DNA of 42,071 nucleotides from Xanthobacteraceae bacterium (GTDB lineage Bacteria; Pseudomonadota; Alphaproteobacteria; Rhizobiales; Xanthobacteraceae): NCBI GenBank assembly GCA_030044555.1, contig JASHVN010000280.1, positions 1 to 42,071 of the forward strand, read 5' to 3'. Shown piece by piece: positions 9,501 to 17,194 of this stretch (position 1 is its first letter; each line of letters starts with the position of its first letter). The notes under the pieces were generated by a model. It saw only the letters and a program-made list of their open reading frames with translations, ran no database searches and was not told where the DNA came from. The position numbers and the translations under genes were made by a program.

Positions 9501-9757
9501 TGTCCGCCTGGCGCGGCTGCGTGACCGCCGACCAGCACTTCGGCTTGCGGCTTGGGCATCCCGATGTCGAGGGCAGTGCCGGGCGGCAGCTCCTTGGCGG
9601 CCAGTATCCACAAGCCCTGGTCGCCCTCGAAGCGATCCGGGCTCGGCGCCGCCAGATCGAACATCGCGAAAATGGACAGGATGAGGCTCGCGCCAGGCGG
9701 GCGGCGCTCGCATTTGCTCAGAAATCCGAGGCTTCGGGGCTTAACAAGGGTGGGCAT
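6575..9757 (-). CDS. DUF2169 domain protein fused to a long acidic/Ala-Pro-rich linker and a C-terminal pentapeptide-repeat domain
   Basis: 1060-aa ORF. The N-terminal ~330 aa carry DUF2169-type motifs (LVTGDRYW...PHPFLQMPLAPNRAFGG...ANPAGAG). Residues ~380-720 are low-complexity and E/A/P-rich. Residues ~730-1060 are pentapeptide repeats (ADLSGRNFAQADFSGAFLERANLTGAKLAGTNFAG...). Confidence 0.85.
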   Translation of the reverse strand: MPTLVKPRSLGFLSKCERRPPGASLILSIFAMFDLAAPSPDRFEGDQGLWILAAKELPPGTALDIGMPKPQAEVLVGGHAAAPGGQPTAQMMLGWAIPPIRKQILVTGDRYWQMTSSGWRQTAPHPFLQMPLAPNRAFGGPSYAANPAGAGHLALARSMGGEAVALPNLEIPEQAIRLIEEMPPSAKFGPMAFDAKERLQYAGTYDSAWLKKIAPGLATDADPRLFLFAPQDQRLGGFLSGGEPYALQNFSADQPLIQGHLPSFRVRCFIGWKDTARGVDELPTRIDTLWLFAGARRGIFIYRAAVGVETVDGSDVADIMLAYERQNDPPRPFEHYLEVRRLRLDKATAARYAFSEHQLAPGLPQAELERRAARRRQMAKERAVRRQASMQWVVEQELDRLALPEALRPQINIPPPDPGPSVLELLPEELESGEIDLAEILDALDAIQTKVQADIEKMAAETEPMRAALKKISSGEGEPEDIDALLAAIGVPDAPMDTALAQMLALPNVPPQTDPAKIAELESNLDRAKNWRNEMVQAARPAVDESEQLRLARARFFSLSEGRPLAMVREALSGDAFSLPEMPPIALPEEARNAPPAPPPKLTIDAIVAQAAKPNVPAEALEKLRTSLAEAETALVKALPALGTSEQTPLEAFVGLGAALDGQPAKPAIAATDIESAIASADTKIKEGLAEARSGIDRAEEQLEAGMAAARRMSPEPLKPDTPLAPAVARALGDIVEQEFRSGGAMAGRDLAGADLSGRNFAQADFSGAFLERANLTGAKLAGTNFAGATLAGAILLNADMSNADLTEANLGKADCRGTRFAGAQLVSTKFLGARAECASFDQAKLHSLQVMKVSLTRASFRSAQVEQCCFMQTPLDNSAWDGATIQRTQFMDVTLSGAGFAGARLERTCFLKASAPKLDFSGSQLHTVCFIACPDLTGARFTGSTAAATLSFLDADVSGADFSMARLDRAYFGKATLAQTAFRMASLKGAILSANDLRGADFYAANLLEARLNKADLRGANLRHANLFSSDLMDSALDAADLSNANINRTILLVARDVN

Positions 9758-9847
9758 AGCCTGCGCGGCAACTTTGAGAGTAGGCGGCAGCTTTGATGGT
9801 GAACGGTATTTCTCCTGAGTGACAGAGTTGCGACGTGTAATGTTGCG

Positions 9848-10126
9848 ATGGGTTGTCGCGTGACGTCTCTGAAATCACATCACGGTTGCAGGCTGCTGTT
9901 GCGGCTTGGCGTTATTGGTGGTGCTGGTCACGAAACCGTCACCAAAAATGAGGCTGAATCCATCCGAAAACGGGCGCTTGCGGCAAATGGCAAGCGCGAT
10001 AACGGATTTGCCGCCGCCATGTTGGAGTGTGCCAACATCCCGATCATCGACGGCATCGCTGAACGCCGCAGCGTGATGCGGCTGCAGCTGCAGCGCCCGG
10101 GCGGTCTGGTGTCGCTGGGGCCGTAA
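9848..10126 (+). CDS. Possible small ORF translationally coupled to the RsbW-like kinase gene; weak partial STAS-like similarity
   Basis: The stop TAA (10124-10126) overlaps the ATG (10126-10128) of the next gene as TAATG. The 3' two-thirds have high GC3. The segment ...AAAMLECANIPIIDGIAERRSVMRLQLQRPGGLVSLGP loosely resembles the central strand-helix-strand of anti-sigma antagonists but lacks the phosphorylatable Ser. The true start is uncertain. Confidence 0.3.
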   Translation: MGCRVTSLKSHHGCRLLLRLGVIGGAGHETVTKNEAESIRKRALAANGKRDNGFAAAMLECANIPIIDGIAERRSVMRLQLQRPGGLVSLGP

Positions 10127-10536
10127 TGATGGCGCCGTTCGACATCAAAGTGCTGGCGACGCCCGAAGCCATTTCCGACCTGACCGACAAAGTGCTTGCT
10201 TTTCTGCGCGAGCGGCAGGTGGATGCGCGCGCCGCGCACCACGTGGCGCTTGCGGTCGAAGAGCTCGTCATGAATCTTGGGACGCACGGAAACTGCCGCG
10301 ATCAGCCGGCGCAGATCAAACTCGTCGTCGAGCCGGCCCAGGTCAAAGGCGAAATCGCCGACACCGGCCCGCCCTTCGACCCGCGGCAGGTTGCCGACCC
10401 GAATATCAGTGCGCCGCTTGCCGATCGGCCGATCGGCGGATTGGGCCTGTATCTGGTGCGCAGATTGAGCCGCAGCTTTGATTACAAGCGCCGTAATGGA
10501 AGCAACGTGACGACGTTTTCGATCGCACGTTCATAA
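10126..10536 (+). CDS. Anti-sigma-factor-type Ser/Thr kinase (HATPase_c_2; RsbW/SpoIIAB-like)
   Basis: 136-aa ORF with ...ALAVEELVMNLGTHG... (N-box-like), IADTGPPFDP (G1-like) and PIGGLGLYLVRRL (G2-like), the typical layout of RsbW-type kinases. Confidence 0.8.
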   Translation: MMAPFDIKVLATPEAISDLTDKVLAFLRERQVDARAAHHVALAVEELVMNLGTHGNCRDQPAQIKLVVEPAQVKGEIADTGPPFDPRQVADPNISAPLADRPIGGLGLYLVRRLSRSFDYKRRNGSNVTTFSIARS

Positions 10537-10694
10537 TGTTACGGTGACATTGGCATCATCGTCGTGCGCCGTCCTGAAATATTCATGCCCATAACGCAGT
10601 TGTCATTCTGGCTCCGGATTCCTAAAGCTGCGTGAATACGCAGGCCGCAAAGCCGTCGGCACTGCGGCCCCGATTCGCAACGCACAGGTTTGTC

Positions 10695-11066
10695 ATGCCG
10701 AAAATCTTGCTGGTCGAAGATAACGAGATGAACCGCGATATGCTGTTGCGTCGCCTTAACCGGAATGGATTCGAGGTTGTCATTGCGGTGAATGGGCAGG
10801 AGGGCGTCGAATTGGCTGGATCGGCCAGGCCGGACCTCATTCTGATGGATATGAGCCTTCCGATTCTCGACGGCTGGGAGGCGACAAAACGCGTGAAGGC
10901 GAATCCCGATACAGCGCGTATTCCGGTCATTGCATTGACCGCACATGCAATGGTTCACGACAAGGAGAAGGCCATGGCGGCGGGCTGCGACGATTTCGAC
11001 ACCAAGCCCATCGACCTTCCCCGCCTGCTGGAGAAAATCAATTCACTGCTCCGGCCTGCCAACTGA
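10695..11066 (+). CDS. Single-domain response regulator (CheY-like receiver)
   Basis: MPKILLVEDNEMNRDML...PDLILMDMSLPILDGWE...IPVIALTAHA...KP. Start placed at the internal ATG 10695 (M22 of ORF 10632..11066), where the receiver domain begins. Confidence 0.85.
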   Translation: MPKILLVEDNEMNRDMLLRRLNRNGFEVVIAVNGQEGVELAGSARPDLILMDMSLPILDGWEATKRVKANPDTARIPVIALTAHAMVHDKEKAMAAGCDDFDTKPIDLPRLLEKINSLLRPAN

Positions 11067-11262
11067 ATATTGCTGTGGGCTGCGGCAGCTCCGTCGCGGC
11101 GCAGCCCCTCTGGTCTTGCCTGGTTTCTGGGATCTGTTCTTCGGCGCCGCACCGGCTTGCCGGCCGCCGTTGCGGCGATGTCGGCGGTTTGTGCAGCCGC
11201 CGGAAGGGGTAACCGCCCCACTTCACAATCTGTCATCAGACTTTCGCAAAGGGCGACCACTG

Positions 11263-11277
11263 TGGCCGCCGAGTGGC
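11263..11277 (+). promoter_or_regulatory. Weak candidate sigma-54 (-24/-12) promoter upstream of tssA
   Basis: TGGCCG-ccgag-TGGC has the correct GG-N10-GC spacing, 44 nt before the tssA ATG, but several mismatches to TGGCAC-N5-TTGC. Confidence 0.25.
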
Positions 11278-11320
11278 ACGAGCTCAGGGCTGCGCTCGCT
11301 GATCGCAACTACCTGATCGC

Positions 11321-12952
11321 ATGAACGCAACGACAATGTCAGAGTTTGCCGATGCGCGCGCGTTGTTCGGCGCTGCGCCTGTGGCGGGCGGTGCGCCTGC
11401 GGGTACTGATGTACGTGGCGTGCCCGAATTCGAGCAGCTTGAGGCTGAGGTCCGCCGCATGGATGCGGACGGGCCGGCCGCGGTTGATTGGGGCAAAGTC
11501 AGCTCGTTGTCGCTGAACATTCTGTCCACGCAGTCGAAAGACATTCTGGTTGCCTGTTGGGCCACTTATGGCCTGTTTCGGACTGAAGGCTACCAAGGCC
11601 TTGCTGTCGGATTAGGCATCGTGCGCGGCATGGTGGAGGCGCATTGGGACGGCCTCTTTCCGCCCGCCAAGCGCGAGCGTGCGCGGGTCGGCGCCGTTGA
11701 TTGGCTGATCGGCCGTGTCACCCCGGCGGTCACGGAGAGCGCGCCGGCCGAAGCTGACTGGCCTGCGATACTCGCCGCTGGCGATGCGTTGGACGATCTC
11801 GATCGTCTGCTCGGCGAGAAGCTCGTGAAAGAGCAGGCCGCTTTGGGCGAATTGTTCAGGGCGCTCAAGCCGCATCGCGATAACGCCAAGCGCGCCATCG
11901 CCGAAGCTGCCGAACGCGCTACGGAAGCAGCGCGGGCCGCCGAACGGGCTCAAGAGGTGGCGAAGCAAGATCCAGCTCAGCAAGATGACGCCGCCGCGCC
12001 GGCGGCACTGGCGCCCGCGGCCGCGCCAGCAAGGCCCGCCGCGCCGATTGTGGGCGGCGACGGCGATTGGCTCGGCTTCGCCGACCGTCTGCCGGACATG
12101 CTGCGGGAAACGGCGGCGGCTTTGCGCACGGCGTCTGTCGCGGATCCGCGCGCCTATTTGCTCAACCGGCTGGGCTCTTGGCTGCGTTTCGATTCGCTTC
12201 CGCCCGATACGGGCGGGCGCACGATGGTGTTCCCGCCTGCCGACGGCATCGCCGCGCTGGAAGCGAAGGTTTCCGCCGGACAGCACGCCGATGTTGTCAG
12301 TACGGCCGAAGAGCTTGTTTGGACCGGGCCCTTCTGGCTCGATGCGCATCGGCATGCGTGCCGCGCGCTCGAAGCATTGGGGGCCGCGACACAGGCTGCC
12401 GCAGCGAGCGTGCGGGCGGCGATTGTCCTGTTGGTTACGCGATTTCCCAAAATATTTGAGCTGCAATTCAACGACGGACGGCCCTTTGCGGACGATGAGA
12501 CGCGCGCTTGGGCGGCACTCGGTACCGGTAGCGGGGCAGCCGCGGCGCGCGATCCGATGGACGCCGCCGTCACTGAAGCGCGCAAGCTGCTCGATAGCGG
12601 CCAGGTGCAAATGGCGTTTGCGGCGCTCTCGCGGCCCTTGGACGGGGCGAGCGGCGGCCGCGGCCGCTTTGTCGGCCAACTCGCGCAAGCGCGTTTCTGC
12701 ATGGACACCGGTTTTGTCACGACCGCGGTGCCGCTGCTCGAACACATGGATGAATTGGCGACCGAGCGCGATCTGGAGACTTGGGAGCCGGCCTTGGCCC
12801 TTGATGTCGCCGAACTGCGCTACCGCGCCATCACGCATTCCGACGCCCAAGCATTGATCGACGAGGGGCGCCGCCGCGCGGCTTTGGAGCAGATAAGGTC
12901 GCGCGTCGCCCGCATCGATATTGGACGTGCCAGTCAACTTGGCCGTCCGTGA
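11321..12952 (+). CDS. tssA: T6SS protein TssA (ImpA N-terminal domain, long VasJ-like form)
   Basis: 543-aa ORF. The N-terminus carries the ImpA_N pattern: ...GTDVRGVPEFEQLEAEVRRMD...VDWGKVSSLSLNILSTQSKDILVACWATYGLFRTEGYQGLAVGL... It lies directly upstream of tssBC. Confidence 0.85.
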   Translation: MNATTMSEFADARALFGAAPVAGGAPAGTDVRGVPEFEQLEAEVRRMDADGPAAVDWGKVSSLSLNILSTQSKDILVACWATYGLFRTEGYQGLAVGLGIVRGMVEAHWDGLFPPAKRERARVGAVDWLIGRVTPAVTESAPAEADWPAILAAGDALDDLDRLLGEKLVKEQAALGELFRALKPHRDNAKRAIAEAAERATEAARAAERAQEVAKQDPAQQDDAAAPAALAPAAAPARPAAPIVGGDGDWLGFADRLPDMLRETAAALRTASVADPRAYLLNRLGSWLRFDSLPPDTGGRTMVFPPADGIAALEAKVSAGQHADVVSTAEELVWTGPFWLDAHRHACRALEALGAATQAAAASVRAAIVLLVTRFPKIFELQFNDGRPFADDETRAWAALGTGSGAAAARDPMDAAVTEARKLLDSGQVQMAFAALSRPLDGASGGRGRFVGQLAQARFCMDTGFVTTAVPLLEHMDELATERDLETWEPALALDVAELRYRAITHSDAQALIDEGRRRAALEQIRSRVARIDIGRASQLGRP

Positions 12953-12986
12953 GGGCATCAAACGGGAGCCTTGAGGGGGAACAATC

Positions 12987-13478
12987 ATGGCACAGGAAAG
13001 TACGGTGGCTCCGAAAGAGCGCGTCAATATCCGTTTCAAGCCGGCAACCGGCAATGCCAAGGAAGAGGTCGAGCTGCCGCTCAAGGTGCTGGTGCTCGGC
13101 GATTTCACCGGCCGCGCCGACGATCGTCCGGTGGAAGAGCGCAAGCTCACCAGCGTCAACAAGGATAATTTCGACGAGGTTGTCAAAAGCCACGATCTCA
13201 GCCTCACCATCGCGGCCGAGAACAAGCTCGACGATTCCCCGGAAGCCGGCAACATGGCGGTTTCGCTCAAATTCGAAAGCCTCAAGGATTTCGAGCCGGA
13301 GCGCGTCGCCCAGCAAATTCCCGAGCTGCGCACGCTGACCGAGTTGCGCGCCGCCTTGATGGCGCTGAAGGGGCCGCTCGGCAACGTTCCGAGCTTCCGC
13401 AAGGCGATCCAGAATTTGCTCGAGGATGACGCCGCCCGGCAGCGGCTGCTCAGCGAACTCACCGGCAAGGGTGAGTAA
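12987..13478 (+). CDS. tssB: T6SS contractile sheath small subunit TssB (VipA)
   Basis: 163 aa; ...ERVNIRFKPATGNAKEEVELPLKVLVLGDFTGR... is the canonical TssB N-terminus. A GAGGGGG RBS lies upstream. Confidence 0.95.
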   Translation: MAQESTVAPKERVNIRFKPATGNAKEEVELPLKVLVLGDFTGRADDRPVEERKLTSVNKDNFDEVVKSHDLSLTIAAENKLDDSPEAGNMAVSLKFESLKDFEPERVAQQIPELRTLTELRAALMALKGPLGNVPSFRKAIQNLLEDDAARQRLLSELTGKGE

Positions 13479-13510
13479 ATCACCGACGACTCGCAAGGAA
13501 AGAAGAGGTC

Positions 13511-14995
13511 ATGAGCGACACAGGCGCGCAGCAACAGGCCGACGTGACGACCACCACGCAGGACGCGTCGCTGCTTGATCAGATTCTCGTCGAAACCAAG
13601 ATCACGCCGCGGGACGAAGGCTACGATGTCGCGCGGCGTGGCGTGGCCGCCTTCGTCGCCGAGTTGATGAAGCCGAGCCGGGCCGACGAAAAGGTCAACA
13701 ATGCGGTCGTCGACCAGATGATCGCGGAGCTCGACCGCAAGATTTCGACGCAGCTCGATGCCGTTCTGCATACAGACGAATTCCAGAAACTCGAGTCTGC
13801 CTGGCGCGGGCTCAAGTTCATGGTCGATCGGACCGACTTCCGCCAGAACATCAAGGTGGAAATTCTCAGCGTCGCCAAGGACGAGCTGCTGACCGACTTC
13901 GAAGACAGTCCCGAGATCGTCAAGTCCGGCCTCTACAAACACGTCTACACGGCCGAATTCGGACAGTTCGGCGGCCAGCCGGTGGGAGCCATCGTTTCCG
14001 CCTACGAGTTCGGTCCCGGCAGCCAGGACGTCAAGCTGATGCAGAACATGTCGGCGGTCGCCGCCATGGCCCACGCGCCGGTGATCGCTTCGGCCGCGCC
14101 CGAAATGCTGGGCGTCGAGAAATACGAGGAGATCCCCAATCTCAAGGATCTCGAATCGATCTTCGAGGGGCCGAAATACGCCAAATGGAAATCGTTCCGC
14201 GAGAGCGAAGATTCCCGTTATTTCGGAATGACGCTGCCGCGTTTTCTGCTGCGGCTGCCTTACGGCCCCGAAACGGTTCCGGTAAAGAGCTTCAATTATC
14301 AGGAGCAGTCGAACGGCGAGACCGACAATTACCTGTGGGGCAATGCCGCTTTCGCCTTTGCGACGCGCCTGACCGACAGCTTCGCCAAATATCGCTGGTG
14401 CCCGAACATCATCGGCCCGCAATCGGGCGGCGCGGTGGAAAATCTGAACCTGCACACCTACGAATCGATGGGACAGATTCAGAGCAAGGTGCCGACCGAG
14501 GTGCTCATTTCCGATCGGCGCGAGTTCGAGCTTGCCGAGCAGGGCTTTATTGCGTTGACCATGCGCAAGGGCTCTGACAACGCCGCGTTTTTCTCGGCCA
14601 ATTCGGTGCAGAAGCCGAAGTACTTCGGCAATACTCCGGAGGGCAAGACCGCCGAGCTTAATTACAAGCTCGGCACGCAGCTCCCCTATATGTTCATGAT
14701 CAACCGGCTTGCGCACTACATCAAGGTTTTGCAGCGGGAGAATATCGGGTCGTGGAAGAGCAAAGAGGAGCTGCAAAGCGAACTCAATAACTGGATTCGG
14801 CAATATGTTGCCGACCAGGAGAATCCGTCGCCGGAGGTGCGCTCGCGGCGCCCGCTGCGCAAGGCCGAGATCACGGTTGAGGACGTGGAAGGCGAGCCGG
14901 GCTGGTATCGGGTCGGCATGTCCGTCGTCCCGCACTTCAAATATATGGGCGCCGACTTTACGCTTTCGTTGAAAGGAAAGCTCGACAAGCAATAA
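13511..14995 (+). CDS. tssC: T6SS contractile sheath large subunit TssC (VipB)
   Basis: 494 aa with typical TssC blocks (LESAWRGLKFMVDRTDF, YLWGNAAFAFATRL, RPLRKAEITVEDVEGEPGWY). Confidence 0.95.
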   Translation: MSDTGAQQQADVTTTTQDASLLDQILVETKITPRDEGYDVARRGVAAFVAELMKPSRADEKVNNAVVDQMIAELDRKISTQLDAVLHTDEFQKLESAWRGLKFMVDRTDFRQNIKVEILSVAKDELLTDFEDSPEIVKSGLYKHVYTAEFGQFGGQPVGAIVSAYEFGPGSQDVKLMQNMSAVAAMAHAPVIASAAPEMLGVEKYEEIPNLKDLESIFEGPKYAKWKSFRESEDSRYFGMTLPRFLLRLPYGPETVPVKSFNYQEQSNGETDNYLWGNAAFAFATRLTDSFAKYRWCPNIIGPQSGGAVENLNLHTYESMGQIQSKVPTEVLISDRREFELAEQGFIALTMRKGSDNAAFFSANSVQKPKYFGNTPEGKTAELNYKLGTQLPYMFMINRLAHYIKVLQRENIGSWKSKEELQSELNNWIRQYVADQENPSPEVRSRRPLRKAEITVEDVEGEPGWYRVGMSVVPHFKYMGADFTLSLKGKLDKQ

Positions 14996-15024
14996 TGCCC
15001 ACCTGGGACTGACCTCGCGGAGCC

Positions 15025-15441
15025 ATGTTCGACCGGACCCTGATGGAACGTCTGGAGGAAGCGACAGAGGACGCTTCCCCCGTGCAGGAACGAGGCTCGA
15101 TCGACCGTTTTCAGGCCAGCGTCCTCGACAACTTGCGGCGGATTCTCAACGCGCGGCAGGGATGCTGTGAGACGCGGCCCGATTTCGGCATGCCCGATCT
15201 GAACGACGCGATTGGCCAGGGGGCGGACGCGGTGCTGGTCGTGGCCCGCGCAGTCAAGCAGCAGATCGAGATGTTCGAGCCGCGGCTCAAGAACGTCTCG
15301 GTCCGCTTTCTGGCCGACCCGGACAATCCGCTGCAACTCGATTTCCAGATCACCGCCATGCTCCAATACGATGATCGGACCGAGCGCGTGTCGTTCGATA
15401 CCGTTCTGAGCGACGACAAGCGCTTCAAGGTCAGGGGGTGA
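15025..15441 (+). CDS. tssE: T6SS baseplate subunit TssE (gp25-like)
   Basis: 138 aa; ...SVLDNLRRILNARQGCCETRPDFGMPDLND... matches the gp25/TssE signature. Position follows tssC. Confidence 0.9.
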   Translation: MFDRTLMERLEEATEDASPVQERGSIDRFQASVLDNLRRILNARQGCCETRPDFGMPDLNDAIGQGADAVLVVARAVKQQIEMFEPRLKNVSVRFLADPDNPLQLDFQITAMLQYDDRTERVSFDTVLSDDKRFKVRG

Positions 15442-15445
15442 GGCG

Positions 15446-17194
15446 GTGGCGCTCAATCCCTATTATGAGGACGAGCTGTCTTATCTGCGCGAGCTCGGCC
15501 GTGATTTCGCGCAGGCCAATCCGAAACTGGCGGCATTTCTTGGACGCGACGCTTCCGATCCGGACGTTGAGCGGCTGCTCGAAGGCTTCGCGTTCCTGGT
15601 GGCGCGGCTCCGCCAGAAGCTCGACGACGAATTCCCCGAATTCGTCCACGGCCTGTTGCGGATGGTGTGGCCGCAATACCTGCAGCCGGTGCCGCCAGTC
15701 ACGACGCTCGCGTTCAGTCTGGCGGAATCGGCGAGCGCGGCTTCGCTCAGCGTCCCCTCCGGCACCAGCGTCCGCTCGCGGCCAATCGAGGGAACGGCCT
15801 GCGCGTTCGTGACCTGCTATCCGCTCGACGTGCTGCCGTTGGACATCGACGACCTGCAGCTCGAAAACCGCACCAATTCCGGCCGCCTGACATTAAGCCT
15901 CAAGGCGACCGGGAAATGGAATCTGTCGTGCCTGCAAAAAGGACGTTTGCGCCTGTTCTTTTCGACCGAGCGCGAACCGCAGGTGGGCCGCTATCTGCTG
16001 ACGTGGCTGTGCCGCTATCTGGTGCAGGCCACGGTGACGGTGGGCAGCCGGCAGGTTGCCGCGCTCGGGCCGGAAGCGGTCACGCCGCTGGGCTGGGGCG
16101 ATGACGAGGCGGTGTTGCCATGGCCGCGCAACGGCTTCTCCGGCTTCCGCATACTCCAGGAATATCTGACTTACCCGTCGAAGTTTCTCTTCGTTGAATT
16201 GTCCGGTCTGCAGGCGCTCGCGGCGCTCGAGGATACCGCCTGCAAGTTCACGTTTGAATTCCGCCGGCCGTTTCCCGAGCAATTGCGCATCGGCGAGGGC
16301 CAGGTGCGCCTGAATTGCACGCCGGCGGTCAATGTCTTCAGCCACGAGGCCTCGCCGATCCGTATCGACCAGGCCAAGACCGAATACCGCGTGCTGCCAT
16401 CCGGCGGACCGCATGTCAGCATCCGCTCGGTCGATCGCGTGACCGGCTATGTTCAGGGCCGGCCGGAGCGCATTGAGTTCGAGCCTTTCGATCTCCTGCG
16501 TCACGATTTGCCGGGGACGGAGACGAACCGCGCCTTCTTCCGGCCGCGTATCCGGCCAGCCATCGTCGGTCGCGGCATCGATCATTATGTGAGTTTCGTC
16601 GACCGGCTCGATGTCAACCAGCGGCCGCCGATCGAGGTGGCGTCACTGGAATTGACTTGCTCCAACGGCCCTATAGCGGACCGGCTGCCCGTCGGCGCCA
16701 TCGACCAGCCGACGGCTGACACACCGCGCTCCGTCACCTTCTCCAACATCACCGCCGTGACGCCGGAAATACCGCCTCCGGTCACCGACGGTTTGCTGCG
16801 GCGGCTGACGGCGAATTTGGCGCGCAATTACGGGGCCATGGCCAATATCGACACGCTGCGCACGGTGATTGCGGCCTATGATTTTCGTGCGGTTTTCGAC
16901 GTGCAGGCACGGCGGCGGCTGGAATTGCTGCTGGAGGGCCTCGACGGTTTCGTGACCACCGATACCGATCATGTGGTGCGCGGCGCGCCCATTCGCTTGC
17001 GCAACATTGAGCTCGGTCTGGCCGACAGCAAGATCGGCGGCGAGGGCGAGCTGTTTCTCTTCGGCTCCGTCCTCGACGCGTTCTTCGCCACCTATGCCGG
17101 AATCAACATGCTGCACCGATTCTCGGTCCGCGGCACCGAAAGCAATGCGCGATACACATGGCCTCCGCGGACAGGAATGATCACGCCGTTCTGA
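15446..17194 (+). CDS. tssF: T6SS baseplate subunit TssF
   Basis: 582 aa with a GTG start. The N-terminus LNPYYEDELSYLRELGRDFAQANPKLAAFL is the conserved TssF opening. Confidence 0.92.
   Translation: MALNPYYEDELSYLRELGRDFAQANPKLAAFLGRDASDPDVERLLEGFAFLVARLRQKLDDEFPEFVHGLLRMVWPQYLQPVPPVTTLAFSLAESASAASLSVPSGTSVRSRPIEGTACAFVTCYPLDVLPLDIDDLQLENRTNSGRLTLSLKATGKWNLSCLQKGRLRLFFSTEREPQVGRYLLTWLCRYLVQATVTVGSRQVAALGPEAVTPLGWGDDEAVLPWPRNGFSGFRILQEYLTYPSKFLFVELSGLQALAALEDTACKFTFEFRRPFPEQLRIGEGQVRLNCTPAVNVFSHEASPIRIDQAKTEYRVLPSGGPHVSIRSVDRVTGYVQGRPERIEFEPFDLLRHDLPGTETNRAFFRPRIRPAIVGRGIDHYVSFVDRLDVNQRPPIEVASLELTCSNGPIADRLPVGAIDQPTADTPRSVTFSNITAVTPEIPPPVTDGLLRRLTANLARNYGAMANIDTLRTVIAAYDFRAVFDVQARRRLELLLEGLDGFVTTDTDHVVRGAPIRLRNIELGLADSKIGGEGELFLFGSVLDAFFATYAGINMLHRFSVRGTESNARYTWPPRTGMITPF

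Noticed and set aside
8753-9796. 347-aa + strand ORF, plus many shorter ones, overlapping the DUF2169 gene
   Set aside because: They are antisense to a gene with clear DUF2169 and pentapeptide signatures, and their translations are Arg/Gly/Gln-rich noise.
11274-11293. Perfect TGGCAC hexamer upstream of tssA
   Set aside because: No GC dinucleotide or TTGC lies at the required distance downstream (the nearest is CTGC, 5 nt too far). Only the overlapping weaker TGGCCG-N5-TGGC alignment has correct spacing, and that one is listed with low confidence.
11612-14992. 1126-aa ORF on the - strand spanning tssA-tssB-tssC
   Set aside because: It is antisense to three strongly recognisable T6SS genes. 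The translation is Arg/Leu/Gly-rich low-complexity sequence typical of open antisense frames in high-GC DNA, with no motifs.
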